A DNA stretch of 64,000 bases from Spirochaetia bacterium (lineage in GTDB: Bacteria; Spirochaetota; Spirochaetia; WTKD01; G963693115): assembly GCA_965226055.1 (NCBI GenBank), contig CBDDCA010000006.1, positions 384,001-448,000 on the forward strand, given 5' to 3'. A model generated the notes under the pieces. That model saw only the letters and a program-made list of their open reading frames with translations, made no database searches and was not told where the DNA came from. The number at the start of each line of letters is the position of its first letter. Position 1 is the stretch's first letter. A program made the position numbers and the translations under genes. Positions 49,405 to 59,990 of this stretch are shown piece by piece.

Positions 49405-52400
49405 CTACGATGAGGGACATGCTACTTTATCAGTTTTATCCTTTGGCCACTGTGATCTTTTGTTGGCCATAGCTGACAATCTGAAAACAAAATTATCTAA
49501 AGCTACTTTACACACTTTCCATGATGATAAATTTTGATCAAATGCAGAAGCACTCTCAAACATTGAATTCATGCCTGTAACGCTACTCAAATCCCAGCTT
49601 CCTATGTCTTGATTAAAGTCACTTGCTTCAAAAAACATATAATTTGTACTAGTTACTCCCTTAACATCCCAATTTCCTATGTCTTGATTAAAAGTCATAC
49701 TACGAAACATTGAATTCATGTTTGTAACGCTACTCACATCCCAGCTTCCTATGTCTTGATTAAAAACTCTTGCGTTATTAAACATAGAAAACATAGTAGT
49801 AACTTCTCCCGTATCCCAATCTCCTATATCTTGATTAAAAGAAGTTGCTAACCAAAACATCTCACCCATATTCATTACATTACTGGTATTCCAGTTTGTA
49901 ATATCTCCATTAAAGGTGCTATCTTTAAAAAATAAACTACTCATATCAGTAATAGCACTGGTATCTATCATGTTGAGGTTGGGGCTATTGGTGTTTTGTC
50001 TGCCTGCTCCTCTTTCTGCAGTGATAATATCTTGCAATGCTTTCTTCGTTGTTGGTCTGTAATAGCTAGCTACTTGTCCTGCTAGTTTCACAAGCCCTGT
50101 CTCTATATTGATAGTTGCAAGTACCTTTTGTCCCGAGTATGCTCCTGAAGAAGTAATCGTACATTCCACTACTCCATAGTTATAGTCAGTTATAGCAGTA
50201 TCATGTATGTTTGATTTATTTGCTGTGCCTGTTATTGTTATTGTATTGGTATTTTTTGCAAATGTTACTGTTAAGCCTGTTTCTTCTTTGAGTGTGCTGT
50301 CATCTAAGGTGCTTTCATCACAGGTAAAGGTAAGTCCGCTAGGACTGATACTGGTAAGTACTCTCGTTGTATTTTGTGCAAGTGCTGTGCCTACTGTTGC
50401 TGATACCTTTGTGGCATTTCCTATCGCTACTGCTGGGGTGCTAGCAGATACTGCTGTTGCTTCTGCTGATACTTTTGTCTTTTTGAGGCTGTTTACTGCT
50501 ACTGCGGTGATATAGTACTTTGTATTCAATCGTAGGTTGCTTATTGTATAGCTTGTTGCTCCTGTTGGCACATCGTCTTTTTCTGCTCCTTCTTGTGCAT
50601 CGCTTGCTCCTTGTGCCTGTGTTTTTACTGTTGCTCCATCTATGTTTGTTTTTGAGGCTGCGTAGTATACTATATAGTCTATTTGATTATCTCTTAAATC
50701 AGTTCCTTCTGCTGTCGTTCCTTTTACGGTTGGGGCTGTTATGGTAAGTACTATAGTAGCTCCTTGTGCATTTGCTTGTATGGTGGGCTTTCCTGGTGCG
50801 GCATAGGCTTCTTTTGCGATAAACTCCTTGCGTAGTCCTGTTGCTTCTTTGCTGGTATCGGTGCTGTTTACTGCTTGCACTACTATTTCGTAAGTTGTGC
50901 CTACTGTCAATCCTGTCAGAGTGCTATTGGTTGTGCCTGCTGCTACTGTTGTGGAACTTCCTGCTGCTGTTTTTATTTGTGCTACTGTCCTTGTTGTACT
51001 GCCACTTTTGGCTACTTTGTATACTTTGTACGATACTTGTGCGGCTGTTAGGGTGTCTCCTTTGTTTGTTTTGTGGCTTGCATTGAGGCTGGGGGCTGTC
51101 CACGATATTGTTGCACTCCCTCCTGTTACTCCTCCTACTTGTATGTTGCTTACTTCTGCGGGAGCTGTCGCTTGTGATGCGGTTGTTACACTTGCCACTG
51201 TCGATACTGCTTTTTTGCTTGTGTCTGTTTTTACTGCTACTTCTACCACAAAGTGATACTTTGTTGCTCCTTTTATTGCTACTACTGGTGCTGTTTCGCT
51301 AGACAAACCTAAACTGCTAAGGGCTGATACTGTGTACACTCCGCTACTTGCTGTGCCTATGTTTACTTTTCTGCCTCTTTGTACTTCTGCTACTGTAGGG
51401 GTTGTGTCTTTCTGTAAGCCGTACACTGTGTATACTAGCTCATCATTGCTTGTTACTGTTGTGCCATCTTTGTTTTTTGCTCCTGTTATTGTGCTTAACT
51501 GTGTGAGTACGAGCTTTATTGTTCCTACTGTGTTTGTTGAGGGTGATACTACCAGCTTGCCTGTTAAGGACGATGTAGGGGCTGTTGCTTTTGAGGTGGG
51601 GATAGTGCTTAATTCTAGTTTTTGTATCAGTGAGGGATCTTTACTTTGTGCTTTCTTTGTTGCATAGGGATTGAGGCTGTTTATTGCTTCTATGCCTATG
51701 GTGTACACTGCTCCCTTTGTTCCTATAAATGTTCCTCGTAAGCTGCTGTTTCCTGCTATCTCTTGCGTTTGTACTCCTCCCATTGCTTTTATTTCTGCTA
51801 TGCTTTTAGTACTCTGGTCTCCTGCTACTATGTATACTTTGTACTGTATTTGTGCCTGTGTGAGTTGTCTGTCATTGGGTGCTTTGTGCTTACTGGTAAT
51901 TGTTCCTTTTTGAAACTCATACTGTACTGTATCGCTTGTTTGTGTTGATGTTTCGATAAACAGAGTGAGATTCTCTGGTGCGGGTGGGACAGTGGATACT
52001 GCATCATATACTGCTACTTTATCAGTGAGCGTTGTTGGGGGACTTACTCTGTTATTTTCTACTGTGAGAAAGGTAAAGCTATAGCTTTTTGCATTTGCTT
52101 GTGTTGAGGATACTTCTACGCCATCTGCTATACCAAAGCTAATGGTGGTAGCTGTACTTGTTATGCTCTTTTCTGCTACCAAGTTTGTGCCATCTAACAT
52201 ACGCAGGGTGTAGTATCGCCCTATGCCTGGAGCTTGCTTAAATGTTGCTTTTATTTGTATTGCTCCTGTACTTGTGTCTAGGGCAGGCTTGCTTTGAAAG
52301 AGATCTTCTGAGGGAGCTGTGAGTGAGTTGGGGGTGGTTATGTCTTTTGTTGCTTGGGTGCTTTTGTTTCCTGAGTAATCATAAGTCAGTATTGTTATGG

Positions 52401-54115
52401 TGTATGTTTTGCCTTGCGTGAGTTCTTCAACAGAGAGTGATGTTGTGGGATAAGCTACTTTTTTCTCATTTACTACTGCAGTACTTGTGCCTTTCTCTGC
52501 TATGCTTATGCTGTATTCTTTTATGTCTTTGTTATTGGCTTTTGTTACATCGGGGGCTGTCCATGTTATCTGTGTGCCTATCTTTGCTGCTGATACAAAA
52601 GGATAGCTTGCTTGTATGTTTGTCACTGCATCGGGGGCGGTGCTATCGTCTGCGGTGGTTACTATGGCTGTTGCCTCTGTTCCTTTGTTGCCTGCACTGT
52701 CCATTGATACGACTGCCACTGTATACTCGGTAGTGGCTTTGAGGCCTGGTATTTGTGTGTTGCGTACTGCTCTCTCTGTTATTGTCACTGTCTTTGCTGC
52801 TGTTGTGCTATCCTTTTCTGTTGCTGTTATAGTCACTCCTGCATAGTCTCGTACATCGGGGGCTTGCCAACCTACTACTATGCTTGTTGCTCCTCCTACT
52901 ACACTTACATTGGTCGCGGGCTTTGTTGTTTTGTCTGTTGTTGCTTGTTCTTTTGACACTGCAGTGGAGTACTTTCCGTTTTTAAAAACATACACTTCTA
53001 CTTTGTACGTAAGCGTGCCATAGAGTTTTGTGAGTGCTATGCCATCTTTTGCTACATACACAGTAGCATATTCTTTGTTTTGTGCTGTTGCACTGCTGAG
53101 TGTTGCAGTACTGCTATTGTTCACAGTTTCCTCTGCTACTACTGTATTTGTTGCTTTTTCTGTGACTCGTACTAAAAGACTTTTGTCTGTAAAAGTAAAG
53201 CTCCCCCACTTGATAAGCAGGCTCTCATCGGCTGGGCTATTGCTTTTATCGTTTGCTGTTACTGTAAGGTCTGCCTCTGGCAGTGGCGTTACTGTTTGTG
53301 AAAGCTGGGATACTTGCACACCTGTCAGTACTGTTGCGGGACCGCTTGTGTTATCATTTCTGTCTTTGTAGCGTATTTCTACATCATAGGATATGCCTGC
53401 AAGCGTGGAGACATTTGAAAGTATAACTTCTCCTTGCTGTAGGTTCTGCACGGTAGCTTGCGCAAGCACTATGCCACCAGTCGTGCTTTTTACCACTATT
53501 GTGGCTTCGGCTATGTCTGTCTTGCCTAGTGCAAGTCGCTCTTTGTCCCATGTTATCTTTATACCATCTCCCGACTTCTCTACTCCTACCTGTGTCAATG
53601 TGTCCTGTGGTGCAGTAGTATCTATCAGTGTTGTAACAGAGCGTGTTGTTTTTGGTGATACTTCTGTGTCTTTTTGTGCCTCTATCTCTACAGTGTAGTC
53701 GGTGAGTGCTTGTAAGCCTTTGAGTTGGTACGATTGTCCTTGTTGAAAGAGTGTTTGATATTCTATTGCAGGAACACGCACTTGTATAGACTGTGCTGGT
53801 GCAGTTGATGTAGCTTTTACGACTACATGCGTGGCTTCGCTGGGAGCTTCCCAGCGTAACGAGAGTGTCCCATCGTTGCTTGCTACTTGTATCTGCACAT
53901 TGGACACTGATGCGAGTGTCGGGGTTACTGGCGTTCCCCCTCCGCCTGATGAGGAACTGCTACTGCCCTCCGAACATCCTACGAGTACGAGGGTAGTCAT
54001 TGCTAACACTAAAAATAATGCTACTAGAGTTATGTTTTGCTTATATCGAGAGTGTACCCCCCCCCCCGATTTTTTTCACGCTGTGTAATTCCTTACTCAA
54101 CCATATTTTTCTCAT
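49405..54115 (-). CDS. Giant FN3-like stalk + DUF285-tip surface lipoprotein, frameshifted at a G11 tract (candidate phase-variable gene)
   Basis: ATG 54115 with AAAGGAGA RBS stops at TAA 54043-54041 with G11; G10 or G13 fuses it to the 1534-aa ORF and gives a full signal peptide ending LVGC; FN3-like 'W.AP...Y.V.V.A' repeats; C-terminal DUF285 repeats. Confidence 0.85.
50013..52080. repeat. ~2.1-kb direct repeat, copy 1 (paralogous to 61864-64000)
   Basis: Near-identical by eye, e.g. 51254-51501 = 63174-63421; offset changes by 69 bp (66+3 bp indels). Confidence 0.95.
54057..54067 (-). repeat. Poly-G tract (G11) in the signal-peptide coding region
   Basis: 11 consecutive C on the + strand, beginning at codon 17 from ATG 54115. 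Confidence 0.92.
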
Positions 54116-54326
54116 AATGATCTCCTTTATTGTATTATCGTGTACTTATCAGCATACACAATAGTTATTGTAGTACATATTATAATTTTTGTTATTTCCA
54201 TAATAGCACAATTACTATTGTATAGAAATTCTTATAATATAATATACTAAATATATACTCGCTAGTGTACGATACATATGAACAGTGTACCGTTACACTA
54301 TTGAAAAAACGAAAAGGAGTTACTGT

Positions 54327-56228
54327 ATGTCTCTAAAAAAAATATTGGAAGCATTTACCTTAGACAAGGAAATAGTTGATATATTACAAGCAAGCCCTGA
54401 ACTATTATTTGTAAAATCAAAGAGAGAAATTATTGAAAAAATTTTTGAAGGCAACACTAAAGATAAAGTAGATGTAACATTTGATATAGGAAATGGAAAA
54501 TCGTATAAAGAAATCAGTGTTGTTCGCTGTAAAAATGGACTCTCTGTTAATTTTTATGATACCTATATGAGACGCAGAGATCCAAATGCAATGGTTATTG
54601 CTGATAATAATCCAACGAATAAAAAAACATACAAAGAAATATTTTCAAAAGATTTTTCTGTTACAAGAAAAGAAACATTTGATTGGTTAAAGAAACAAAA
54701 ATTATATGTAGTACCATTTTATTCAGGCACCAAAGAAGCAGGATACCTTTCGCTTGCTCTTGTGCCAAAAGATGCTGCTTTTTTTGCCCTCACTTTAGGC
54801 GATCTTCAAGGCTTTGTTCCTATACAAAAATTACCTGCAGAAAACAAAGCTCCCAGAGGAATAATATTTGTTGCTCCTCCATTTAGACATACACACTTTG
54901 AAGGAAAACAAGTGGTAGTACATAACCGAAAAGAAAAAACTCATGAAGTATTTTCTTACAATCTTTATCCCGGACCAAGTGCTAAAAAAGGAGTGTACAG
55001 TATACTACTCAACATAGGAGAAACTGCAGAAGAAAAATGGACAACGCTTCACTGTTCAACAGTAAAAGTGGTAACTCCATATGAATGTGAAATAGTCATT
55101 ATGCATGAAGGAGCATCAGGCGGAGGAAAAACAGAAATGACACAAGATGCCCATACAAAAAAAGGAAATCTTTTACTTGCACGTAATCCCGATAACCATG
55201 ATAGTACTGTTCTCAGCATGAACGATACTTGTACCCTTTATCCGCTTACTGATGATATGGGACTTGTACACCCTTCAAAAAATAAAGGAAGCAAGCTAGT
55301 GGTTGAAGATGCTGAAAACGCATGGTTCTTACGAGTAGATCATCTTAAAAGCTATGGCACAGATATTATTTTAGAAAGTCTATGTATATCTCCTCCTGAA
55401 CCACTGGTATTTCTTAACATTGACGGAAAAGCTGGAGCAACTGCATTATTATGGGAACATACGCTTGATGCTCCTGATAAACCTTGCCCTAACCCAAGAG
55501 TAGTTGTTCCTAGGAAAGATATTCCTAACATTATAAATAAACCTCTTGAAGTAGATATTCGCAGCTTTGGTGTACGCACACCTCGCTGCACAAAAGAAAA
55601 TCCTACCTATGGTATAGTTGGTATGCTTCATATATTGCCACCTCCACTTGCTTGGCTATGGCGATTAGTAGCTCCACGTGGACACTCTAATCCTAGTATT
55701 ATTTCTGCAGGAAAAGGACTTGCAAGTGAAGGGGTAGGATCTTACTGGCCATTTGCTACAGGAACAAGAGTAGAACAGGCAAATATTTTGCTTCATCAAA
55801 TACAAGAAACCCCTGATACAAAATTTGTACTCATCCCCAACCAATTCATAGGAGCTTACTATGTAGGATTTAGTGCACAATGGACATCACGAGAAATTCT
55901 TGCGAGAAGAGGAGGAGTCAACTATAAACAACATCAGCTTATCCCTGCTCGTTGTAGTTTGCTAGGGTATACCCCAACAACACTTCGCTTTAGTAATACT
56001 CCAATTCCACGAGGACTCTTACGAGTAGATGAACAAGCAGAAGTAGGACAAACAGCATACAATGAAGGAAGTGATCAGATAATAGCTTTCTTTAAGGAAC
56101 AGTTAGATCTCTATTTACAAGATAATGCGTTAGATCCACTAGGAAGAATGATTATTGAAATGTGCCTCCGTGATGCTTCACTTGAAGACTATAATTCTTT
56201 CTCAGAGCGTTTCTTTCATAAAAATTAG
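54327..56228 (+). CDS. DUF4914 family protein (PEP carboxykinase-like P-loop)
   Basis: 'YMRRRDP', 'YNLYPGPSAKKGVY', 'HEGASGGGK', 'SEGVGSYWPFATG'; AAAGGAG RBS before ATG 54327. Confidence 0.85.
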   Translation: MSLKKILEAFTLDKEIVDILQASPELLFVKSKREIIEKIFEGNTKDKVDVTFDIGNGKSYKEISVVRCKNGLSVNFYDTYMRRRDPNAMVIADNNPTNKKTYKEIFSKDFSVTRKETFDWLKKQKLYVVPFYSGTKEAGYLSLALVPKDAAFFALTLGDLQGFVPIQKLPAENKAPRGIIFVAPPFRHTHFEGKQVVVHNRKEKTHEVFSYNLYPGPSAKKGVYSILLNIGETAEEKWTTLHCSTVKVVTPYECEIVIMHEGASGGGKTEMTQDAHTKKGNLLLARNPDNHDSTVLSMNDTCTLYPLTDDMGLVHPSKNKGSKLVVEDAENAWFLRVDHLKSYGTDIILESLCISPPEPLVFLNIDGKAGATALLWEHTLDAPDKPCPNPRVVVPRKDIPNIINKPLEVDIRSFGVRTPRCTKENPTYGIVGMLHILPPPLAWLWRLVAPRGHSNPSIISAGKGLASEGVGSYWPFATGTRVEQANILLHQIQETPDTKFVLIPNQFIGAYYVGFSAQWTSREILARRGGVNYKQHQLIPARCSLLGYTPTTLRFSNTPIPRGLLRVDEQAEVGQTAYNEGSDQIIAFFKEQLDLYLQDNALDPLGRMIIEMCLRDASLEDYNSFSERFFHKN

Positions 56229-56270
56229 AGGTAACATATACTATTAAAAATCATATAATATACATATACA

Positions 56271-56308
56271 CAGAAATTGACATTAGTATTAACTAAAGTC
56301 AATTTCTG
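56271..56308 (+). terminator. Stem-loop downstream of the DUF4914 gene
   Basis: cagaaattgac...gtcaatttctg inverted repeat. Confidence 0.6.
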
Positions 56309-56364
56309 GCATCAGATTATTATAGACACAATACTACTTAGCTGCACATGGCTTAAAGGTAATT

Positions 56365-57774
56365 ATGTATAGTATAGGGCTTGATATTGGCACTAGCAAT
56401 CTCTCCGTTGTGCTTATAGACAAAGACAGCACTATTATCACTACAAAAAGTGTTAAAAATGACAGTACAGTAAAAGGAAAGCATTTTGAAGCATTACAAG
56501 ATCCTTTCTCTATATTTCTTACAGCACAAACACTTATTGATACAATACTACAAAGCGTTGATGTCAGTACATTACATGGTATAGGAATATCTAATCAGAT
56601 GCACGGTATAGTATATGTTGATACAACAATCAATGCACTCAGCCCATTGTATACATGGCAAGATAAACGAGGAGATGAAGCATATAATCAAGACTACTCT
56701 TTCTCTGAGTATGTGCATATCCATACTGGGTTTCAAGTACCAACAGGATATGGATTGCTTACACATTTTTATAACATACAAAAAAAATTAGTACCTTCCA
56801 ATACCGCATGCATACTGGATATAGGGAGCTTTATTGCTGCAAAATTAGTAACATCGCATTTACACACTGATAGCCTTGCTAGTACAAACTCTAACATAAA
56901 CCCTAACACAAATCATAGTTCTCTTCCATTTTTAATACATACAAGTAATGCACATGCGTGGGGATTTTTTGATATTGTAACACAAAATTTTAATCAAAAT
57001 GCTTTACATACATTAGGCATAGACACTGCCATCATTCCAAGCATATGTAATGATCCTATGCCAGTGGGAGCATACAAAAATATTACTGTGTATCCTGCAC
57101 TTGGAGATAATCAAGCTGGAGTACTAGGAAGCATAGGAACAAATACAGAGGCAGTACTGATTAACATTGGTACCTCTGCACAATTATCCTTTATTGATAG
57201 TAGCATTCCTCTCTTTTCTGATACACATACATGGGAGATGCGCCCTTTCATACAAGATACAATACTCTATGTTGCTAGTAGCCTCTGCGGAGGAAAAACA
57301 TTAGATATTTGGACCTACTTTATTGCACATGCTATACATACTATTCAAGATAGTACCGATACAATAGAAAATATACAAAAAACAGTCTATACATTTCTTT
57401 CATCGCTTAGCCATAATACACAAGAGAAAGAACATCAAAAAATAAAAACTGACCTTACAGTTACTCCCTATTTTTATGGTACAAGAAATACCCCTAAGGC
57501 TCGTGCTGCAATTACTGATATTTCTCCTGACAATTTTAATATACATACAATGAGTAAGGCAATGATGCAAGGAATAACAGATGAATTACTTGCGTTTTGG
57601 AACAAAGTACCTCCATCTATTCAAAATAACAAACACAAACTGTTTCTCACTGGTAAAAGTACTACTATTCCTTTTCTCCAACAGCAGCTCAAAAAAGCAT
57701 TCTCTCCCTTACAATTATGTTTGCTAGCATCTACAGAATATAGTGCTATAGGAGCAGCAATGTGGACTCAATAA
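56365..57774 (+). CDS. FGGY-family sugar kinase (sedoheptulokinase-like)
   Basis: 'GLDIGTS', 'GISNQMHG', 'LYTWQD.RG', 'LGDNQA', 'INIGTSAQ'. Confidence 0.85.
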   Translation: MYSIGLDIGTSNLSVVLIDKDSTIITTKSVKNDSTVKGKHFEALQDPFSIFLTAQTLIDTILQSVDVSTLHGIGISNQMHGIVYVDTTINALSPLYTWQDKRGDEAYNQDYSFSEYVHIHTGFQVPTGYGLLTHFYNIQKKLVPSNTACILDIGSFIAAKLVTSHLHTDSLASTNSNINPNTNHSSLPFLIHTSNAHAWGFFDIVTQNFNQNALHTLGIDTAIIPSICNDPMPVGAYKNITVYPALGDNQAGVLGSIGTNTEAVLINIGTSAQLSFIDSSIPLFSDTHTWEMRPFIQDTILYVASSLCGGKTLDIWTYFIAHAIHTIQDSTDTIENIQKTVYTFLSSLSHNTQEKEHQKIKTDLTVTPYFYGTRNTPKARAAITDISPDNFNIHTMSKAMMQGITDELLAFWNKVPPSIQNNKHKLFLTGKSTTIPFLQQQLKKAFSPLQLCLLASTEYSAIGAAMWTQ

Positions 57775-57851
57775 ATTACATACCTATGTATGGTTATCAT
57801 CGCTATGAGAATATCCATTATCATGCATATGGTAAGGATGTGTCATTATAA

Positions 57852-59282
57852 CTAATACGCTTTTGCATACACTACCATATGTTTTGCTTCTTTTCCACTA
57901 AATATACAAGTACTTCCTACAGGAGGTTTCTGTGGCAACACAATCCGAATAGTGCTTTTCGTTTCATTTTTTATTGCCGTTTCTGTCTCTTGCAAACCGT
58001 CCCAAGGAGCTATGATATACCCAGAAATCTCTTGCTGTAACTGTTGTTTCATTTCATCAAAGTCTGTGATAGTATGAGTATGCTGTTCCCTAAATTGTAA
58101 TGCATGTTGATATAGTCTTTTTTGAATAGTATGCAACAGAGACTCTATTTCTTTTTCTGCTGAGGCAACAGGCACTTGTATTTTCTCTCCTGTATCTCTT
58201 GCTACAAGCGTAAGTACTTTATTTTCTATATCACGAGGACCTAACTCAATACGTATAGGAACACCACGCAATTCCCATTCAGCAAATTTCCATCCAGGTT
58301 TCTGTTCATAATTTCTATCTAATTCTACCCTAAACTGACCAGATAACATATCTCTCAGTTTTGTTGCTTCCTGTATCACCATGCTTTTAGAGTCACTTTT
58401 ATAGATAGGTACAATAACCACCTCATCAGGAGCAATACGAGGAGGAAGAATAAGCCCTTTTTTATCAGAATGTGTCATAATAATAGCTCCAATAAGACGA
58501 GTAGAAACTCCCCACGATGTTGCCCATACATATTCTAGCTCCAAGTGCTCATTTTGAAACTGTACATCAAACGCTTTCGCAAAATTTTGCCCTAAAAAAT
58601 GAGAAGTACCTGCTTGCAATGATTTTCCATCCTGCAATAACGTTTCAATAGCATAGGTAGCAACAGCTCCAGCAAACTTTTCTTTTTCGGTTTTCACTCC
58701 ATCAATCACTGGCAATGCTAGTTCATTCTTTGCAAAATCTTTATAAATTTCCAATATAGTGAGCGTTTCCTCTTCTGCTTCTTGTTGTGTTTGATGAGCA
58801 GTATGACCTTCTTGCCATAAAAATTCAGTGGTACGCAAAAAAAGACGAGTCCGTTTTTCCCAACGAATAACATTTGCCCACTGATTGATAAGCAAAGGTA
58901 AATCACGATACGATTGTATCCATTTTTTGTACATGCTCCAGATAATAGTTTCAGAAGTAGGACGAAGCACAAGCGGTTGTTCCAGTGTTTCTCCTCCTCC
59001 ATGTGTCACTACTGCTAATTCAGGAGAAAATCCTTCAACATGTTCTTTTTCCTTAGAGATAAAACTCTGTGGTATCAGTAATGGAAAATAAGCATTTTTA
59101 TGCCCTGTTTTTTTTAATCGTACATCTAATGCCTGTTGCATATTTTCCCATACTGCATACCCACGTGGACGTATTACCATGCACCCTTTTACAGGACTAT
59201 AATCCGCTAACTCAGCTTTCGTAACTAAATCTACATACCACTCAGAAAAATGATCTTCTTTTACACTTACCGTTTCTGCCAT
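57852..59282 (-). CDS. proS: Proline--tRNA ligase (archaeal/eukaryote-like type)
   Basis: 'RPTSET', 'QWANVIRWE', 'FLRTTEFLWQEGHT', 'SWGVSTR', C-terminal 'AKAY'. Confidence 0.97.
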   Translation of the reverse strand: MAETVSVKEDHFSEWYVDLVTKAELADYSPVKGCMVIRPRGYAVWENMQQALDVRLKKTGHKNAYFPLLIPQSFISKEKEHVEGFSPELAVVTHGGGETLEQPLVLRPTSETIIWSMYKKWIQSYRDLPLLINQWANVIRWEKRTRLFLRTTEFLWQEGHTAHQTQQEAEEETLTILEIYKDFAKNELALPVIDGVKTEKEKFAGAVATYAIETLLQDGKSLQAGTSHFLGQNFAKAFDVQFQNEHLELEYVWATSWGVSTRLIGAIIMTHSDKKGLILPPRIAPDEVVIVPIYKSDSKSMVIQEATKLRDMLSGQFRVELDRNYEQKPGWKFAEWELRGVPIRIELGPRDIENKVLTLVARDTGEKIQVPVASAEKEIESLLHTIQKRLYQHALQFREQHTHTITDFDEMKQQLQQEISGYIIAPWDGLQETETAIKNETKSTIRIVLPQKPPVGSTCIFSGKEAKHMVVYAKAY

Positions 59283-59384
59283 ACATTTATTATACTCTAT
59301 ACAGAACTTTACATACAAATAGTACAAGAGATAAGAAATATGCTATCCAGAAAATATATAACTACTAATACTCTTACTATAAGG

Positions 59385-59833
59385 TTACTTCAATCTCTCA
59401 CCACTAAATTCAGTATATGGAGACTTTACTTTTTGTTTATTAATTTCAATAGTAGACGGCAATCTTGATATAGCCATTGCTCCTCTTTCTATTCTTTGAA
59501 TAGTTATTTGTTCTTTATTCTCTTTATATATGTCAGAAAAAGCACCTCCTGTTTTCCTAGTTCCTAATGGTGTTAATAAAATGATACTTTTTTCTGTGTA
59601 CTCAATAATATACCGCATTATTGGAATAAAATCCGTATCATTACTCACTAACACAATTTTTTCTATTTCTTTTTCATTTTTCTTACAAATATCATGCACT
59701 ACCTGTATTCCAATAGCAACATCTGTTTCTTTCTCTTCATATCCCTCAGCGATAAATCATACTGATTTTCTTTTAAGAATCTTACAAGAGAATGATATAC
59801 ATTAAGTCCATCAATATACACAAAAGTATTCAT
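59385..59833 (-). pseudogene. NYN/LabA (PIN-like) nuclease pseudogene with internal deletion and frameshift
   Basis: ATG 59833 gives 'MNTFVYIDGLNVYH' then stops early; another frame carries 'EEKETDVAIG' and 'VSNDTDFIP'; the central part is missing at ~59750. Confidence 0.8.
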
Positions 59834-59861
59834 AAAAAAAACCTATCCATATAGGATAGGC
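59834..59861 (-). terminator. Intrinsic terminator abutting the NYN start codon
   Basis: Minus strand GCCTATCC-tatat-GGATAGG-T8-ATG. Confidence 0.75.
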
Positions 59862-59945
59862 ATGTGATGACTTAAAGTTGTATAGATATATCTATCTAAA
59901 ATAAATTACACAGACATCCTAAAACAACGCATCTGGCTATAATCT

Positions 59946-59974
59946 ATTATTGTAAATTTTGTAAAAAAAGTCAA
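59946..59974 (-). promoter_or_regulatory. Sigma70-type promoter for the NYN leader
   Basis: TTGACT (59974-59969), 17-nt spacer, AATAAT (59951-59946). Confidence 0.6.
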
Positions 59975-59990
59975 GTACTTTTTTAAGTTA

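Noticed and set aside
50207-54088. Many Leu/Cys/Val-rich plus-strand ORFs (also 62058-63868)
   Set aside because: Shadow frames of the ACA/GCA-rich stalk genes
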